Source of the DNA: an uncultured Chthonomonas sp.
GTDB taxonomy: Bacteria; Armatimonadota; Chthonomonadetes; Chthonomonadales; CAJBBX01
DNA length: 64,000 bases
NCBI GenBank assembly: GCA_903951425.1
Contig: CAJBBX010000127.1
Span: 6,452-70,451, forward strand
Direction: 5' to 3'
Below the pieces are notes generated by a model. That model was not told the DNA's origin, did no database searches, and was given only the letters and a program-made list of their open reading frames with translations. The translations under genes were made by a program, and so were the position numbers. Below, in pieces: positions 28,819-38,464 of the stretch (the stretch's first letter is position 1; every line of letters starts with the position of its first letter).

Positions 28819-29618
28819 CCCACCGGCCAGATCGCGGGACGCCGTATGCTGACGAGGGTGCGCCACGTCTCATCTCCCACCTGCGAGATCGCCACACCCA
28901 ACCTGCCCGACGAGTGGATGTAGCGCCCGCCCCCCATGGCGATCGCCACGTGCGTGATGGACCTGCCGGGCGCCGGCTGCGCGGGTCCAAAGAAGAGCAG
29001 GTCGCCGGCCATGGGCCAATCGAGGGGCCGGTCGAGCAGGAGCGGAGACGCGGCCTGCAGGTCGGCATCGCGTGGCAGCAATGCGCCGCAGAGGCCGAAC
29101 ACAAGCTGGACGAAGCCTGAGCAATCCAAGCCGAACGCGCTGGACCCGCCCCAAAGGTACGGGATCCCCAAGAACCCCCGAGCCACAGCGAGGACTGCCG
29201 ACGGCGTTGGCACTGCATCAGAGATCACCTGCAGTCCGGATGCGGCCAGCCGCGCTGTGGAGCCGTCAGCCAAGCGCGTAGTATCACCATCCTCCACCAG
29301 GCTCCCTGCCGAGAGCAGATAGGGCGCGGCGGCAGTTCGCCCTGACGCGCTCATCACGCGTAGCAGGGGCTTCCGAACCACCCTCACGCGCTCCGGCGCC
29401 GGATACACTTCTTCAGGGCCGAGCGGGCGCAGAGCAGCGCCATGCACCCATCCCTCGTACTGGTCGGCCGTGCGGACGCGGAGGTAGGTGTCCCGGGCCC
29501 CCAGCACCCGCACGGTATGTCCATGCAGCGCCTGGCTCACCCGTTCCGATCGGTCTGACGGTTCCGCGCGCATGGAGAGCACGTTGCTCGTCACGACCGC
29601 CCGTCTTCCGATGTCCAT
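28815..29618 (-). CDS. C40 (NlpC/P60) peptidoglycan endopeptidase with SH3b-like N-domain
   Basis: ORF 28815..30113. The true ATG at 29618 follows GGAGGAGGAG. Catalytic Cys context GLDCSGFV, His in ITHVAI. The N-terminal LSMRAEPS...VRV is SH3b-like. Confidence 0.88.
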   Translation of the reverse strand: MDIGRRAVVTSNVLSMRAEPSDRSERVSQALHGHTVRVLGARDTYLRVRTADQYEGWVHGAALRPLGPEEVYPAPERVRVVRKPLLRVMSASGRTAAAPYLLSAGSLVEDGDTTRLADGSTARLAASGLQVISDAVPTPSAVLAVARGFLGIPYLWGGSSAFGLDCSGFVQLVFGLCGALLPRDADLQAASPLLLDRPLDWPMAGDLLFFGPAQPAPGRSITHVAIAMGGGRYIHSSGRLGVAISQVGDETWRTLVSIRRPAIWPVG

Positions 29619-29712
29619 GGTTCGCTCCTCCTCCCGACTGCGGCCCGACGCATTGGCCGAAGGTAGAATAGTGCATTCCCGATCGCCGCCACACACCAAT
29701 GGGGGTTCGCAC

Positions 29713-32196
29713 GTGTTCGTCGCTCGATATACCCGCAGAACCAGGTTGCCCGTCGCCGCCGCGGCCGTTCTGGTCGGCCTGGCCACCATAGCGTCCCTCG
29801 GCGGCTGCCGGCGAAGCAACGCGCCCGAGCCGGTCAACCTCGTGGTTTGGGGCCTGCAGTACGGCGCCGAGAGCAAGGGGCTCGAGGCCCGCGTTAAGGG
29901 GTTTGAGACCCGCAACCCGGGAATCAAGGTCACGGTCCTCTCCATGGGCGCCGGCCAGATGAACCCGCAGAAGCTGATGACAGCCATCGTTGGCCGCGTT
30001 CCGCCTGACGTGATCCACCAGGATCGGTTCACCATCGGCGATTGGGCCTCGCGGGATACGTTCGGCAGCTTGGATGACCTGATAGCCCGCGACCAGAACC
30101 AGCCTGACGGCATTCGCGAGTCAGACTACTACCACGCCTGTTGGGCTGAGGCAGTCTACAAGGGCAGAATCTACGCCGTCCCATCCGGCACCGACGACCG
30201 CGCGCTCTACTACAACCGCTCCCTGCTGCGCGACGCCGGACTGGACCCCGACAAACCGCCGAGAACCTGGTCGGAGTTGAGGGACTTCGCCAAGAAGCTG
30301 ACCAAAGAGGCGCCGGGCGGCTCCTTCGACCGGATCGGCTTCATCCCGAACTACGGCAACTCGTTCCTCTACCTCTACAGCTGGCAGAACGGCGGCGAAT
30401 TCATGGGCCCCGACGGGCGCAAGTGCACCATGAACAACCCCGAGAGCGTGGCCTCGCTGGACTACATGGTGAGCGTCTACGATGCCCTCGGCGGCGTGAC
30501 GCGGATCGACTCCTATGCCTCCGGCTTCCAGGCGCAGGAGCTTGACCCGTTCCTCACCGGCAAGGTCGCCATGAAGGTGGACGGCAACTGGGTGCTGGAG
30601 AGCATCGGCCGCTATCGCCCGGATCTGGACTTCGCCGTGGCTCCGGCGCCGGTGCCCGACGACCGGCTGGCGCAGACCGAAGGCGGCAAGCCCGGCCGTT
30701 TCGCGGGGCAGGACCCGTTCCTTACCTGGTCCGGCGGCTTCAGCTACGCCATCCCCCGCGGCGCCGCGCACCGCGAAGAGGCCTGGCGGTTCATCAAGTG
30801 GATGTGCAGCCCCGAGGCCGCGCTCATTGATTCCGCGGCCCAGAAGCAGTACTGCCTGTCGAAGTCACGCCCGTACATCCCCACCATCTCCGCCAACAAG
30901 CGAGTGAACGAGGCGGTGATGGCGGCCTTCGCGCCGACTTCGGAGCGGTACCGCAAGCCGCTGAAGCTCTTCATGGATATGATGCCCTACGCCAAGTTCC
31001 GTCCCGTGACGTTCGTCGGGCAGCGGCTCTGGGATGAACATGTCCGCGCCTTCGACCAAGCCACACACCACAAAGAGACCAAGCTGACGGCGCAGGCCGC
31101 CATGGACGAGGCGACCCGGGTCGTGCAGTCCGAGTTGGACCGCGCCCACAGCCGCGACCGGTTCCCACTCCTCGGCTCCACAGCGCCCATTGTGGTGGGA
31201 TCGCTGATCGTGCTGGCGCTACTGGCCGCGGTGTTTGTCGGCGTTCGCCAGGTCAGCGGCATGGGCAGGGTGGTCCGCTCGGAGGCGTGGGCGGGCTACC
31301 TCTTCGCCGCTCCGTGGATCCTGGGGTTCCTTGCGCTGACGGCCGGCCCCATCGTCGCGTCGATGTTCCTCAGCTTCTGCGACTACGACGTGCTCCACGC
31401 GCCGCGCTACGTGGGCTTTCAGAACTACATCGACCTCTTCACCACCGACAGCTACTACCTGAAGACATCTCTCTACAACGTGGGCTACCTGGCCCTCATC
31501 GGCATTCCGCTGGGCATGGCCACAGGGCTGGCCATCGCCATGCTGCTTAACTCCAAAGTGGGCGGCATGAGCATCTACCGAACTTGCTTCTACCTGCCCT
31601 CCATCGTGCCTGTGGTGGCCAGCGCAGTGCTCTGGGCGTGGGTGCTGAACGGCGACCCGAACCGAGGTCTGCTGAACGCTGCGTGGAAGGCGACCCTGAC
31701 CCCGTGGTTCGGATGGACGCCGCCCGGCTGGTTCGGCGCCGCCGAGTGGGCCAAGCCCGGGCTCATCGTGCAGGGCCTCTGGGGAGCCGGCGGAGGCATG
31801 ATCCTCTGGCTTGCCGGGCTGCAGGGCATCCCGCAGCACCTGTACGAGGCGGCCGACCTGGACGGCGCGGGCCCGCTGGTGAAGTTCCGCCACGTCACGC
31901 TACCCATGCTCTCGCCCTACGTCTTCTTCAACCTCATCATGGGGACCATCGGCGCCCTGCAGGAGTTCGACCGAGTCTACGTCCTCAGCGGGCAAGGCGC
32001 GGGCGGAAGTTCCGTGGGCCCCGTCGACAGCCTGCTGGTGCCGGTGATGTACCTCTTCAACAACGCGTTCAAGTACTTCAAGATGGGGTATGCATCCGCC
32101 CTGGCGTGGGTGCTGTTCACCATCATTCTGGCCCTGACTCTGGTGCAGCTCAAGTCCGCGCCGCGGTGGGTCCACTATGAGGCGGAGAAGAAATGA
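29713..32196 (+). CDS. fused sugar-ABC lipoprotein solute-binding protein + MalF/UgpA-like permease
   Basis: A single uninterrupted frame. It has a lipobox LGGC and a family-1 SBP body. A linker TM helix (APIVVGSLIVLALLAAVFVGV) follows. It ends in a 6-TM permease with the EAA-loop region. The start is uncertain: GTG at 29713 or GTG at 29671. Confidence 0.8.
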   Translation: MFVARYTRRTRLPVAAAAVLVGLATIASLGGCRRSNAPEPVNLVVWGLQYGAESKGLEARVKGFETRNPGIKVTVLSMGAGQMNPQKLMTAIVGRVPPDVIHQDRFTIGDWASRDTFGSLDDLIARDQNQPDGIRESDYYHACWAEAVYKGRIYAVPSGTDDRALYYNRSLLRDAGLDPDKPPRTWSELRDFAKKLTKEAPGGSFDRIGFIPNYGNSFLYLYSWQNGGEFMGPDGRKCTMNNPESVASLDYMVSVYDALGGVTRIDSYASGFQAQELDPFLTGKVAMKVDGNWVLESIGRYRPDLDFAVAPAPVPDDRLAQTEGGKPGRFAGQDPFLTWSGGFSYAIPRGAAHREEAWRFIKWMCSPEAALIDSAAQKQYCLSKSRPYIPTISANKRVNEAVMAAFAPTSERYRKPLKLFMDMMPYAKFRPVTFVGQRLWDEHVRAFDQATHHKETKLTAQAAMDEATRVVQSELDRAHSRDRFPLLGSTAPIVVGSLIVLALLAAVFVGVRQVSGMGRVVRSEAWAGYLFAAPWILGFLALTAGPIVASMFLSFCDYDVLHAPRYVGFQNYIDLFTTDSYYLKTSLYNVGYLALIGIPLGMATGLAIAMLLNSKVGGMSIYRTCFYLPSIVPVVASAVLWAWVLNGDPNRGLLNAAWKATLTPWFGWTPPGWFGAAEWAKPGLIVQGLWGAGGGMILWLAGLQGIPQHLYEAADLDGAGPLVKFRHVTLPMLSPYVFFNLIMGTIGALQEFDRVYVLSGQGAGGSSVGPVDSLLVPVMYLFNNAFKYFKMGYASALAWVLFTIILALTLVQLKSAPRWVHYEAEKK

Positions 32197-33263
32197 GGCC
32201 CCTAACGGCTCAGATGCGGCGCAGGGCGGTGCGTGAGATCAGGCGCAAGGCCATCCTCCACCTGCTTTTGGTGGCGGGCTCGCTGGTCTTCCTGGTCCCC
32301 TTCGCGTGGCTTGTGGTGACCTCCCTCAAGGAGGACGAGGACATGAGCCAGTTCCCGCCGGTCTGGATCCCGCGGCAACAGGTCATGGTGCGGATCGACG
32401 GCAAGGAAGCCGGGCTGGCAGAGGCTACCTACGCAGGCAAGAAGGTGAAGGCGGCCGTGATCCAGGAGCGCGACACCGGTGAGCGCATCCTGAAGGTCCT
32501 CGAGCCCGGCGAGCTGAAGGGCACGGTGTTCGAGGCGCCACGGTCCGCGGTGACCAAGATCAAGCAGTTCGCGCCGGTCTGGAGCAACTATCCCGACGCC
32601 CTGGCCTTCCTGCCGCCGGAGACCAACAACGGGCTCGTCTACGTGATGAACACTCTGGTCCTCTGCGCGCTGACCATCGTGGGCACGCTGCTCTCGTCTT
32701 CGCTTGTGGCGTTCAGCTTCGCCAGGCTAAAGTGGCCGGGCCGTGACCCGCTCTTCATGGTGCTGCTGGCCACGATGATGCTTCCTGGCGCGGTCACGAT
32801 GATGCCTGTCTTCCTGATCTTCCGAGCGCTGGGATGGATCGATACGCTGAAGCCGCTCTGGGCCCCCGCGTTCCTTGGCTCGGCGTTCAACGTGTTCCTG
32901 CTGCGCCAGTTCTTCCTGACGATCCCGAATGATCTGGAGGACGCGGCAAAGATCGACGGCTGTTCCTACTTCGGCATCTACTGGCGCATCATGCTCCCGC
33001 TGATCAAGCCGGCCATGGCCGCGCTGACCATCATGACCTTCATGGGTTCCTGGAACAACTTCATGGGGCCGCTCATCTACATCAGCTCGCCGCTGAAGAT
33101 GCCGCTGGCCTACGCGCTGCAGCTCTTCCAGACGGCGCATGGAGGCGAGCCCGGCCTTCTGATGGCCGCCTCGACCATGATGATGCTGCCCGTGCTGCTG
33201 CTCTTCTTCACGACCCAGCGGTACTTCATCCAGGGCGTGACGCTGACAGGCATCAAGGGATGA
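32193..33263 (+). CDS. carbohydrate ABC transporter permease (MalG/UgpE-like)
   Basis: ATGA overlap with the upstream gene. EAA motif region DLEDAAKIDGCSYFGIYWRIMLP. A ~100-aa extracytoplasmic insert lies after TM1. Confidence 0.88.
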   Translation: MRPLTAQMRRRAVREIRRKAILHLLLVAGSLVFLVPFAWLVVTSLKEDEDMSQFPPVWIPRQQVMVRIDGKEAGLAEATYAGKKVKAAVIQERDTGERILKVLEPGELKGTVFEAPRSAVTKIKQFAPVWSNYPDALAFLPPETNNGLVYVMNTLVLCALTIVGTLLSSSLVAFSFARLKWPGRDPLFMVLLATMMLPGAVTMMPVFLIFRALGWIDTLKPLWAPAFLGSAFNVFLLRQFFLTIPNDLEDAAKIDGCSYFGIYWRIMLPLIKPAMAALTIMTFMGSWNNFMGPLIYISSPLKMPLAYALQLFQTAHGGEPGLLMAASTMMMLPVLLLFFTTQRYFIQGVTLTGIKG

Positions 33264-34069
33264 AACGCCGGCAGTTCAACATGCCGCTGGCCAAGGCGGC
33301 GGTCATGTCTGTGCTGGCGGGCGTGCTGGGCCTGATGAGCGGCGCCTCGGGCATCTCGAGCCAGATCGCCGCTGATCCGCTGATCGGCTTCATGCTGGGC
33401 TTCACGCCTGAGCGGCGCGCCGGAACCGCGCTACTGGCGGCGGTTGTTGCGGCGGTCGCCGCGGTTGGTGGAGCCATGGCCACGAGCCAGGCTTCGGTCT
33501 CTGTGGAGCTCATCGCGCTGCTTACCGCATCGGCCTTTGTCGGTGTGTTCCTGGGCGGTACGGTACGACAGCGCTTCCCATCGCCCGTTGTGCCGCGCAT
33601 AGCGAACTCGCTCTGCGCGTTTCTGGCGATCTACGTCATGTCGCAGGGATGGAGCTCGAAGCTGGGCGGACCGGTTGCGCTTCCGTTCGACTGGGCCGGC
33701 ACCACCGCTGGCATCGCCCTCTTTGGCGCGCTTGTCGGCGCCGTCAGCGCGGCTACGGCCGTGCCCATCGGCATCCTGCTCGTGCCCGCCTGCGTGCTGC
33801 TGATGGGGCTCAGGCCCGGCACCGCCCTCCTGGCTTCGCTACTCGTAGCCGTGGCGGCCGCAGTGCTGCCACTGCTGGCCTATGCCGTCCGTGGAGCTAT
33901 CGATCGCACCATCGGCATGGCCATGAGCGTGGGCGCGGCCCTCGGCGGCGGCGTGGCAGGGGCCCTTGTGGGTATGGCATCCCTTCGCGGTGAGGGGGCT
34001 GCAGTGCTCCTCTCGTACGGCTTTGTGGCGGTCCTCGTCTGCGCTTGGAGCGCATCGAAAGCACCTTAG
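33260..34069 (+). CDS. TSUP (TauE/SafE)-like membrane protein
   Basis: ATGA overlap with the upstream gene. 269 aa, about 7-8 TM helices, Gly/Ala-rich. Family call is tentative. Confidence 0.5.
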   Translation: MKRRQFNMPLAKAAVMSVLAGVLGLMSGASGISSQIAADPLIGFMLGFTPERRAGTALLAAVVAAVAAVGGAMATSQASVSVELIALLTASAFVGVFLGGTVRQRFPSPVVPRIANSLCAFLAIYVMSQGWSSKLGGPVALPFDWAGTTAGIALFGALVGAVSAATAVPIGILLVPACVLLMGLRPGTALLASLLVAVAAAVLPLLAYAVRGAIDRTIGMAMSVGAALGGGVAGALVGMASLRGEGAAVLLSYGFVAVLVCAWSASKAP

Positions 34070-34089
34070 GTCAGGGAGGGTCTCCAACC

Positions 34090-34983
34090 ATGCGGTTCGG
34101 CTTCGTAAAGAGCATCCTGCAACGCGTCGATACGCTCATCACGGGTCGGGGCCGCATCGATGAGGAGCTGTTCGAGGACCTCGAGGCTCTGCTTCTGCAG
34201 GCAGACGTAAACGTGGCGACTACCACGGCCGCCCTGGATGCCCTGCGGACGGAGGTTCGCGAGTCGCGCATCGCATCGCAGGACGACGTGCGGGCTACGC
34301 TACGCGGCGCCCTGACCCAGGTGATGGAGCGGTCTTCTCGGCAGGGCTTACCGCTGGTCCAGGCGGACACGAAGCCGAACCTCTACCTGGTCGTGGGGGT
34401 GAACGGCGTCGGCAAGACCACAACCATCGCCAAGATCGCCAAGCGCATCCGGGCAGAGGGCCGGTCCGTCATGATGGCTGCCGCAGACACCTTTCGGGCG
34501 GCAGCCATCGACCAGCTCGAGATCTGGGCCGACCGCGTGGGCGCATCGGTACTGAAGCACCGGGAAGGGTCCGACCCCTCCGCCGTGGTCTTCGATTCCA
34601 TCCGCGCCGCACGGAACCGAGGTATCGACACCGTGATCGCCGACACTGCGGGGCGGCTCCACACGAAGGACAACCTGATGGAGGAGCTCCGCAAGGTCGT
34701 GCGAGTGGCCGAGCGCGAGTTGGGGCGGCCACCGGACGAGACGCTGCTGGTGCTGGACGCCACCACCGGCCAGAACGGGCTGAACCAGGCGAAGCAGTTC
34801 CGCGACGCCGTGGGCATCACCGGGATCGTGCTGACGAAGCTGGACGGCACCGCACGCGGCGGCATCGTGCTCACCATCGCAGACGAGGTCGGCGTCCCAA
34901 TCCGCCTCGTGGGAACTGGCGAAAAGTCGGAGGACCTGGAGGACTTCGAGGCCGGAGCCTTCATCGAAGCCCTCCTACGGTAG
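34090..34983 (+). CDS. ftsY: signal recognition particle receptor FtsY (short form, NG domain only)
   Basis: ORF 34045..34983. The ATG at 34090 follows GGGAGGG. GVNGVGKTTTIAKIA, DTAGR and TKLDGTARGG. Confidence 0.93.
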   Translation: MRFGFVKSILQRVDTLITGRGRIDEELFEDLEALLLQADVNVATTTAALDALRTEVRESRIASQDDVRATLRGALTQVMERSSRQGLPLVQADTKPNLYLVVGVNGVGKTTTIAKIAKRIRAEGRSVMMAAADTFRAAAIDQLEIWADRVGASVLKHREGSDPSAVVFDSIRAARNRGIDTVIADTAGRLHTKDNLMEELRKVVRVAERELGRPPDETLLVLDATTGQNGLNQAKQFRDAVGITGIVLTKLDGTARGGIVLTIADEVGVPIRLVGTGEKSEDLEDFEAGAFIEALLR

Positions 34984-34988
34984 CTGTC

Positions 34989-35366
34989 CTATGGCACGAC
35001 CGCGATGGCCTCAATCTCCACGTCAGCGCACATAGGCAGGCGGCAGACCTGAATGCAGCTCCTCGCCGGGCGCACCTCGCCGAAGTGCTGCTTGTAGACG
35101 GCATTCATGCGGGCGAACTGGTCCAGATCCGTGAGGAAGACTGTGGTCTTCACCACGTGGGACAGGTCCGCCCCGGCCTCTTTCAGCACGGCCGCGACGT
35201 TGGCGAGGCACTGGCGCACGCGGTCCTCGAACTCACCCGCCACGAGCTGCTTCGTTGCCGGGTCCAGCGGAACCTGGCCCGAGACGAAGACCATCGCCCC
35301 AACCTGCACGCCCGGCGTGTAGGGGGCTTCCGCCACCTTCGCGCCGGTCCATAGCGCCTTCTTCAT
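34989..35366 (-). CDS. ridA: RidA/YjgF family reactive-intermediate deaminase
   Basis: 125 aa. GQVPLDP, VKTTVFL and ARSCIQVCRLP...VEIEAIA match RidA. Confidence 0.9.
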   Translation of the reverse strand: MKKALWTGAKVAEAPYTPGVQVGAMVFVSGQVPLDPATKQLVAGEFEDRVRQCLANVAAVLKEAGADLSHVVKTTVFLTDLDQFARMNAVYKQHFGEVRPARSCIQVCRLPMCADVEIEAIAVVP

Positions 35367-35388
35367 CGGTTACTCCTCCTTGGTCCGT

Positions 35389-37863
35389 CTACGGATTGGG
35401 TCCGATCCGGAATGCCCGTGTCTCCCCCGCCTTGAGCTTCACTGTGAACTTGGTAGCCTTCCCTACCATGCTTGTCCGCACGACCTCACGCGAGACAAGG
35501 TCGTGCGCCGCAAGCGCCGTGACCTTGCCTGCGCCGAGGCCGTCGCGCTCAAAGCGAATGGCGCCGCCCACCTCGGCGTCAGATATGTTGGTGACCGTGA
35601 GGCAGTCGGCGCCGTACCGCTCGAGCCAGACTGCAGGCGGCGTGGCGGTTGCCCCCGTGATGGGACGCCATCCCGCTGCGGAGAGCTTCTTGATGGCAGG
35701 CATGTAGCGGACGAATAGGTCGCGGTCGCGGTTGTGCCACTGCGGCTGGGTCCAGTAGTTTCGCGACGATGCGTCCACGCTGAACATGCTGGGGAACACG
35801 GCATAGAACATGCAGCGTTGGATGTACCGCTCCACTTCGGTGCGGCCGAACTTCTCGAAGTCCGTGTTCTGGAGCAGCAGGTACGGCTTCGTACCGCTGA
35901 GTACACGACGCAGGCTGAAGACATCGTGCGTGTCGGGCCGCCACTCGCCGCCGGGCAGCCAGTTGGTCTCGGTGCCCATGACATCAAGCCACGGCGAGAA
36001 GCAGTGGATGCGCCAAGGAGTGGCATTGGCCATTAGAAGCTTGCCCATGGACCGAAGTCGGCCGCTGAGCCAACGCGTCATCTCGGCCACGTTGAACCAG
36101 GTGGGCGCCACCGGTTCCAGGCTGTCCGACGCGAAGGTCGGAGGAGACGCAAGCGCGGCGAGCCCACGATCCGAGTAGTCCAGCACGTCAGCCCAGCCCT
36201 CGAGCGAATCGAGGTACTCGCCATCCAACGAACCGGAAGCGTAGATCGGCCGAAGGACGTCATCGCCGAATGCCATCTGCGCGCGGCTGAGCTCGCCGGC
36301 CGGGGCCTTGAGTGCCGGGTTGGGGTTCAGAGCCCAGACGCCGCCGTTGGTCCATGGCGCGTCAATGAAGTCAACGTGCGGCCGTCCGTCGGCATCAAGA
36401 CAGCCGCTGTTGAGGGTCGCCTGGGCCATAAGGCGTTGTTCGCCCGTGGCCTCGCGCGCCTGGCGCCGGACCTCGGCGTGACCGGCATCGAGCGTGCGCG
36501 GCATGGTCTTGGGCATGGCCATCCAGTAGGTCATCGGCTCGGTGTAGCGGAAGCTGAGGACGCCGAGCTTGTCGTCAGTCTCCAGGCTATCGTCGCCCTC
36601 GTGGTAGGCGAAGCCGAAGTCGGCGCCCCGCTCCACGTTGGCAGGCGGCACGAAGGGGATCCAGAGGCCCTCGGCCTTGGCGCGGCGCTCAAGGGCTGCT
36701 GGATCGTGCCTGGCGTACTCCGCCACGACGGAGCGGAAGCCCCACCGGCCGTCGGCGTCGAACGCGAGGGCCGTGACAGATGCAGTGGCGCGCCCTTCCT
36801 TGTCCAGGCTGCGAACGGCGCGACGGCTCAGGGCCACATCGAACGACGCGTAGAGCAGCCGTGAAGCCCCGTTGAAGCCGAAACGGACCACGCGCGGCCC
36901 CAGCGACGCCGGCACACCGAGTGCTGCTATCCGCTTGCCGCACCGCACGGCGCCGAACGGATAGATCGACATCTGCCCTGCCGCACCCAGATTGGTGCGC
37001 GTCACGTTGCATGCGTCGCTGTTAGGACCAACGGGGCGGCTCACCCGAAGATCGTTGAGCCAGATGCAGGGCCCACCCTCCACGCGCCTGACGTAGGTGA
37101 GCGTCAGGGCACGGTCGCGGCCCGTGGTGTCGACCACGCGAAGACTCCGGGCAGCACCCAAGCGGGGCTTCACCGAAACGCCGACAAACCGCACACCCAG
37201 CGTAGCCTCCGTCGCCCGGTTAGCCGGAAGCAGCTTGCCTCCCGCCGCAACGTCGCGCACGAACCAACCCGATGCGGCGCCAACACGAAGATCCGGTGGC
37301 GCCAGCGGCTGCGAGTCGAAGAAGTCCGCGCGATCGGGGGTCTTGAAGGTGAATGCGTCGAACCACGCCGTGCCCGTATGGTTTCGGAACAGGGCATGGA
37401 TGTGAACCTGCGCAATGGGCTTGGCAGGGATCACCGTGACCTGCCGCTGTTGCCAGTCGTGGGAGCCGACCGCAAGCGGGGCGGTCTGGCCCCAGAGCGG
37501 AGTACCGTCCGTGTAGGTGATATCGATATAGATCGCGTAATCGTTATCGGCATGGCCGGATACGTTTTCGCAGCGGCTCCAGCCGGTGACCACCACGGGC
37601 CGCGGCGCGCGCTGGTTCAGTTCCGCCGTGAAGGTGGCTCCGTGCGCTTCGCTAGGCCGGGGGGCCACGCATCGGATGGAGGCGGCGCCCTCCTTGGGCT
37701 GGTCCCGATCCATCTCATATCCCGCTCCGAACGGCGCCCAGCCGACACACCGGGGGCCGTCGTGCTGCTCGAAGCCCAGGACGGCCGGCGTCGGCGCAGT
37801 CTGCGCGAACGACCGCCCGCCAAGAGAGATGGCCAGCATCGCGAGACCCAGGACGCGAAGCAT
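35389..37863 (-). CDS. 824-aa secreted protein with N-terminal CBM4/9-like domain, function unknown
   Basis: ORF 35389..37923. The ATG at 37863 shares its A with the pyrE TGA. Signal peptide MLRVLGLAMLAISLGGRSFAQ. The N-domain ends ...HTGTAWFDAFTF. The remainder is an uncharacterised, glycoside-hydrolase-sized body. Confidence 0.6.
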   Translation of the reverse strand: MLRVLGLAMLAISLGGRSFAQTAPTPAVLGFEQHDGPRCVGWAPFGAGYEMDRDQPKEGAASIRCVAPRPSEAHGATFTAELNQRAPRPVVVTGWSRCENVSGHADNDYAIYIDITYTDGTPLWGQTAPLAVGSHDWQQRQVTVIPAKPIAQVHIHALFRNHTGTAWFDAFTFKTPDRADFFDSQPLAPPDLRVGAASGWFVRDVAAGGKLLPANRATEATLGVRFVGVSVKPRLGAARSLRVVDTTGRDRALTLTYVRRVEGGPCIWLNDLRVSRPVGPNSDACNVTRTNLGAAGQMSIYPFGAVRCGKRIAALGVPASLGPRVVRFGFNGASRLLYASFDVALSRRAVRSLDKEGRATASVTALAFDADGRWGFRSVVAEYARHDPAALERRAKAEGLWIPFVPPANVERGADFGFAYHEGDDSLETDDKLGVLSFRYTEPMTYWMAMPKTMPRTLDAGHAEVRRQAREATGEQRLMAQATLNSGCLDADGRPHVDFIDAPWTNGGVWALNPNPALKAPAGELSRAQMAFGDDVLRPIYASGSLDGEYLDSLEGWADVLDYSDRGLAALASPPTFASDSLEPVAPTWFNVAEMTRWLSGRLRSMGKLLMANATPWRIHCFSPWLDVMGTETNWLPGGEWRPDTHDVFSLRRVLSGTKPYLLLQNTDFEKFGRTEVERYIQRCMFYAVFPSMFSVDASSRNYWTQPQWHNRDRDLFVRYMPAIKKLSAAGWRPITGATATPPAVWLERYGADCLTVTNISDAEVGGAIRFERDGLGAGKVTALAAHDLVSREVVRTSMVGKATKFTVKLKAGETRAFRIGPNP

Positions 37864-38447
37864 CAGGACGCGCTCGCCAGATGCCTGGTGCCGGGAGCGG
37901 TGATTGGCGATCCCGCCGCGCACTGCGGGCAGGCGCTGGGGTCGAAGGCAGCCACCTTGACGCAGAGCGCCGACCGCGTGGGCGCACCGAACGTGAGCTC
38001 ACCGCCCGTGCGATCGGCAAGGACACCGACACCGGCGAGCACAGCTCCATGACGCTGCAGGACGCCCAGACACTCGCGAATCGAGCCGCCGGTGGTCAGG
38101 ATGTCATCCACTACGAGCACCCGCGCACCGGGCGCGAGAACCTGACCGCGCCGAAGCCGCCGTTCGTCGCCCTCGCGCTCGGCGTAACGAGCCTCCACGC
38201 CCAGGTGAAGCGCCACGGCATAGGCGAGGATGATGCCCGCGGTCGTGGGCCCGAGCACCACGTCGACGCGATCATCCGCGAAGCCGGCTGCCAGGTCGGC
38301 GGCCAGCAGGTCCAGCGTACGCGGGTCCTCGAACAGGCGGAACTTCTCCACATACTGGTCGCTGTGCAAGCCGCTGGATAGCTTGAAGTGCCCCGTCAGC
38401 AGGGCGCCTGCGCGGGCGAATAGGGCCAGGGCCTCTTGGTTGTCCAT
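37863..38447 (-). CDS. pyrE: orotate phosphoribosyltransferase
   Basis: ORF 37863..38600. The true ATG at 38447 follows GAGGAG. GHFKLSSGLHSDQY, PRPP loop VLVVDDILTTGGS and C-terminal CPQC. Confidence 0.85.
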   Translation of the reverse strand: MDNQEALALFARAGALLTGHFKLSSGLHSDQYVEKFRLFEDPRTLDLLAADLAAGFADDRVDVVLGPTTAGIILAYAVALHLGVEARYAEREGDERRLRRGQVLAPGARVLVVDDILTTGGSIRECLGVLQRHGAVLAGVGVLADRTGGELTFGAPTRSALCVKVAAFDPSACPQCAAGSPITAPGTRHLASAS

Positions 38448-38464
38448 CGTGCGGTTCTCCTCTC

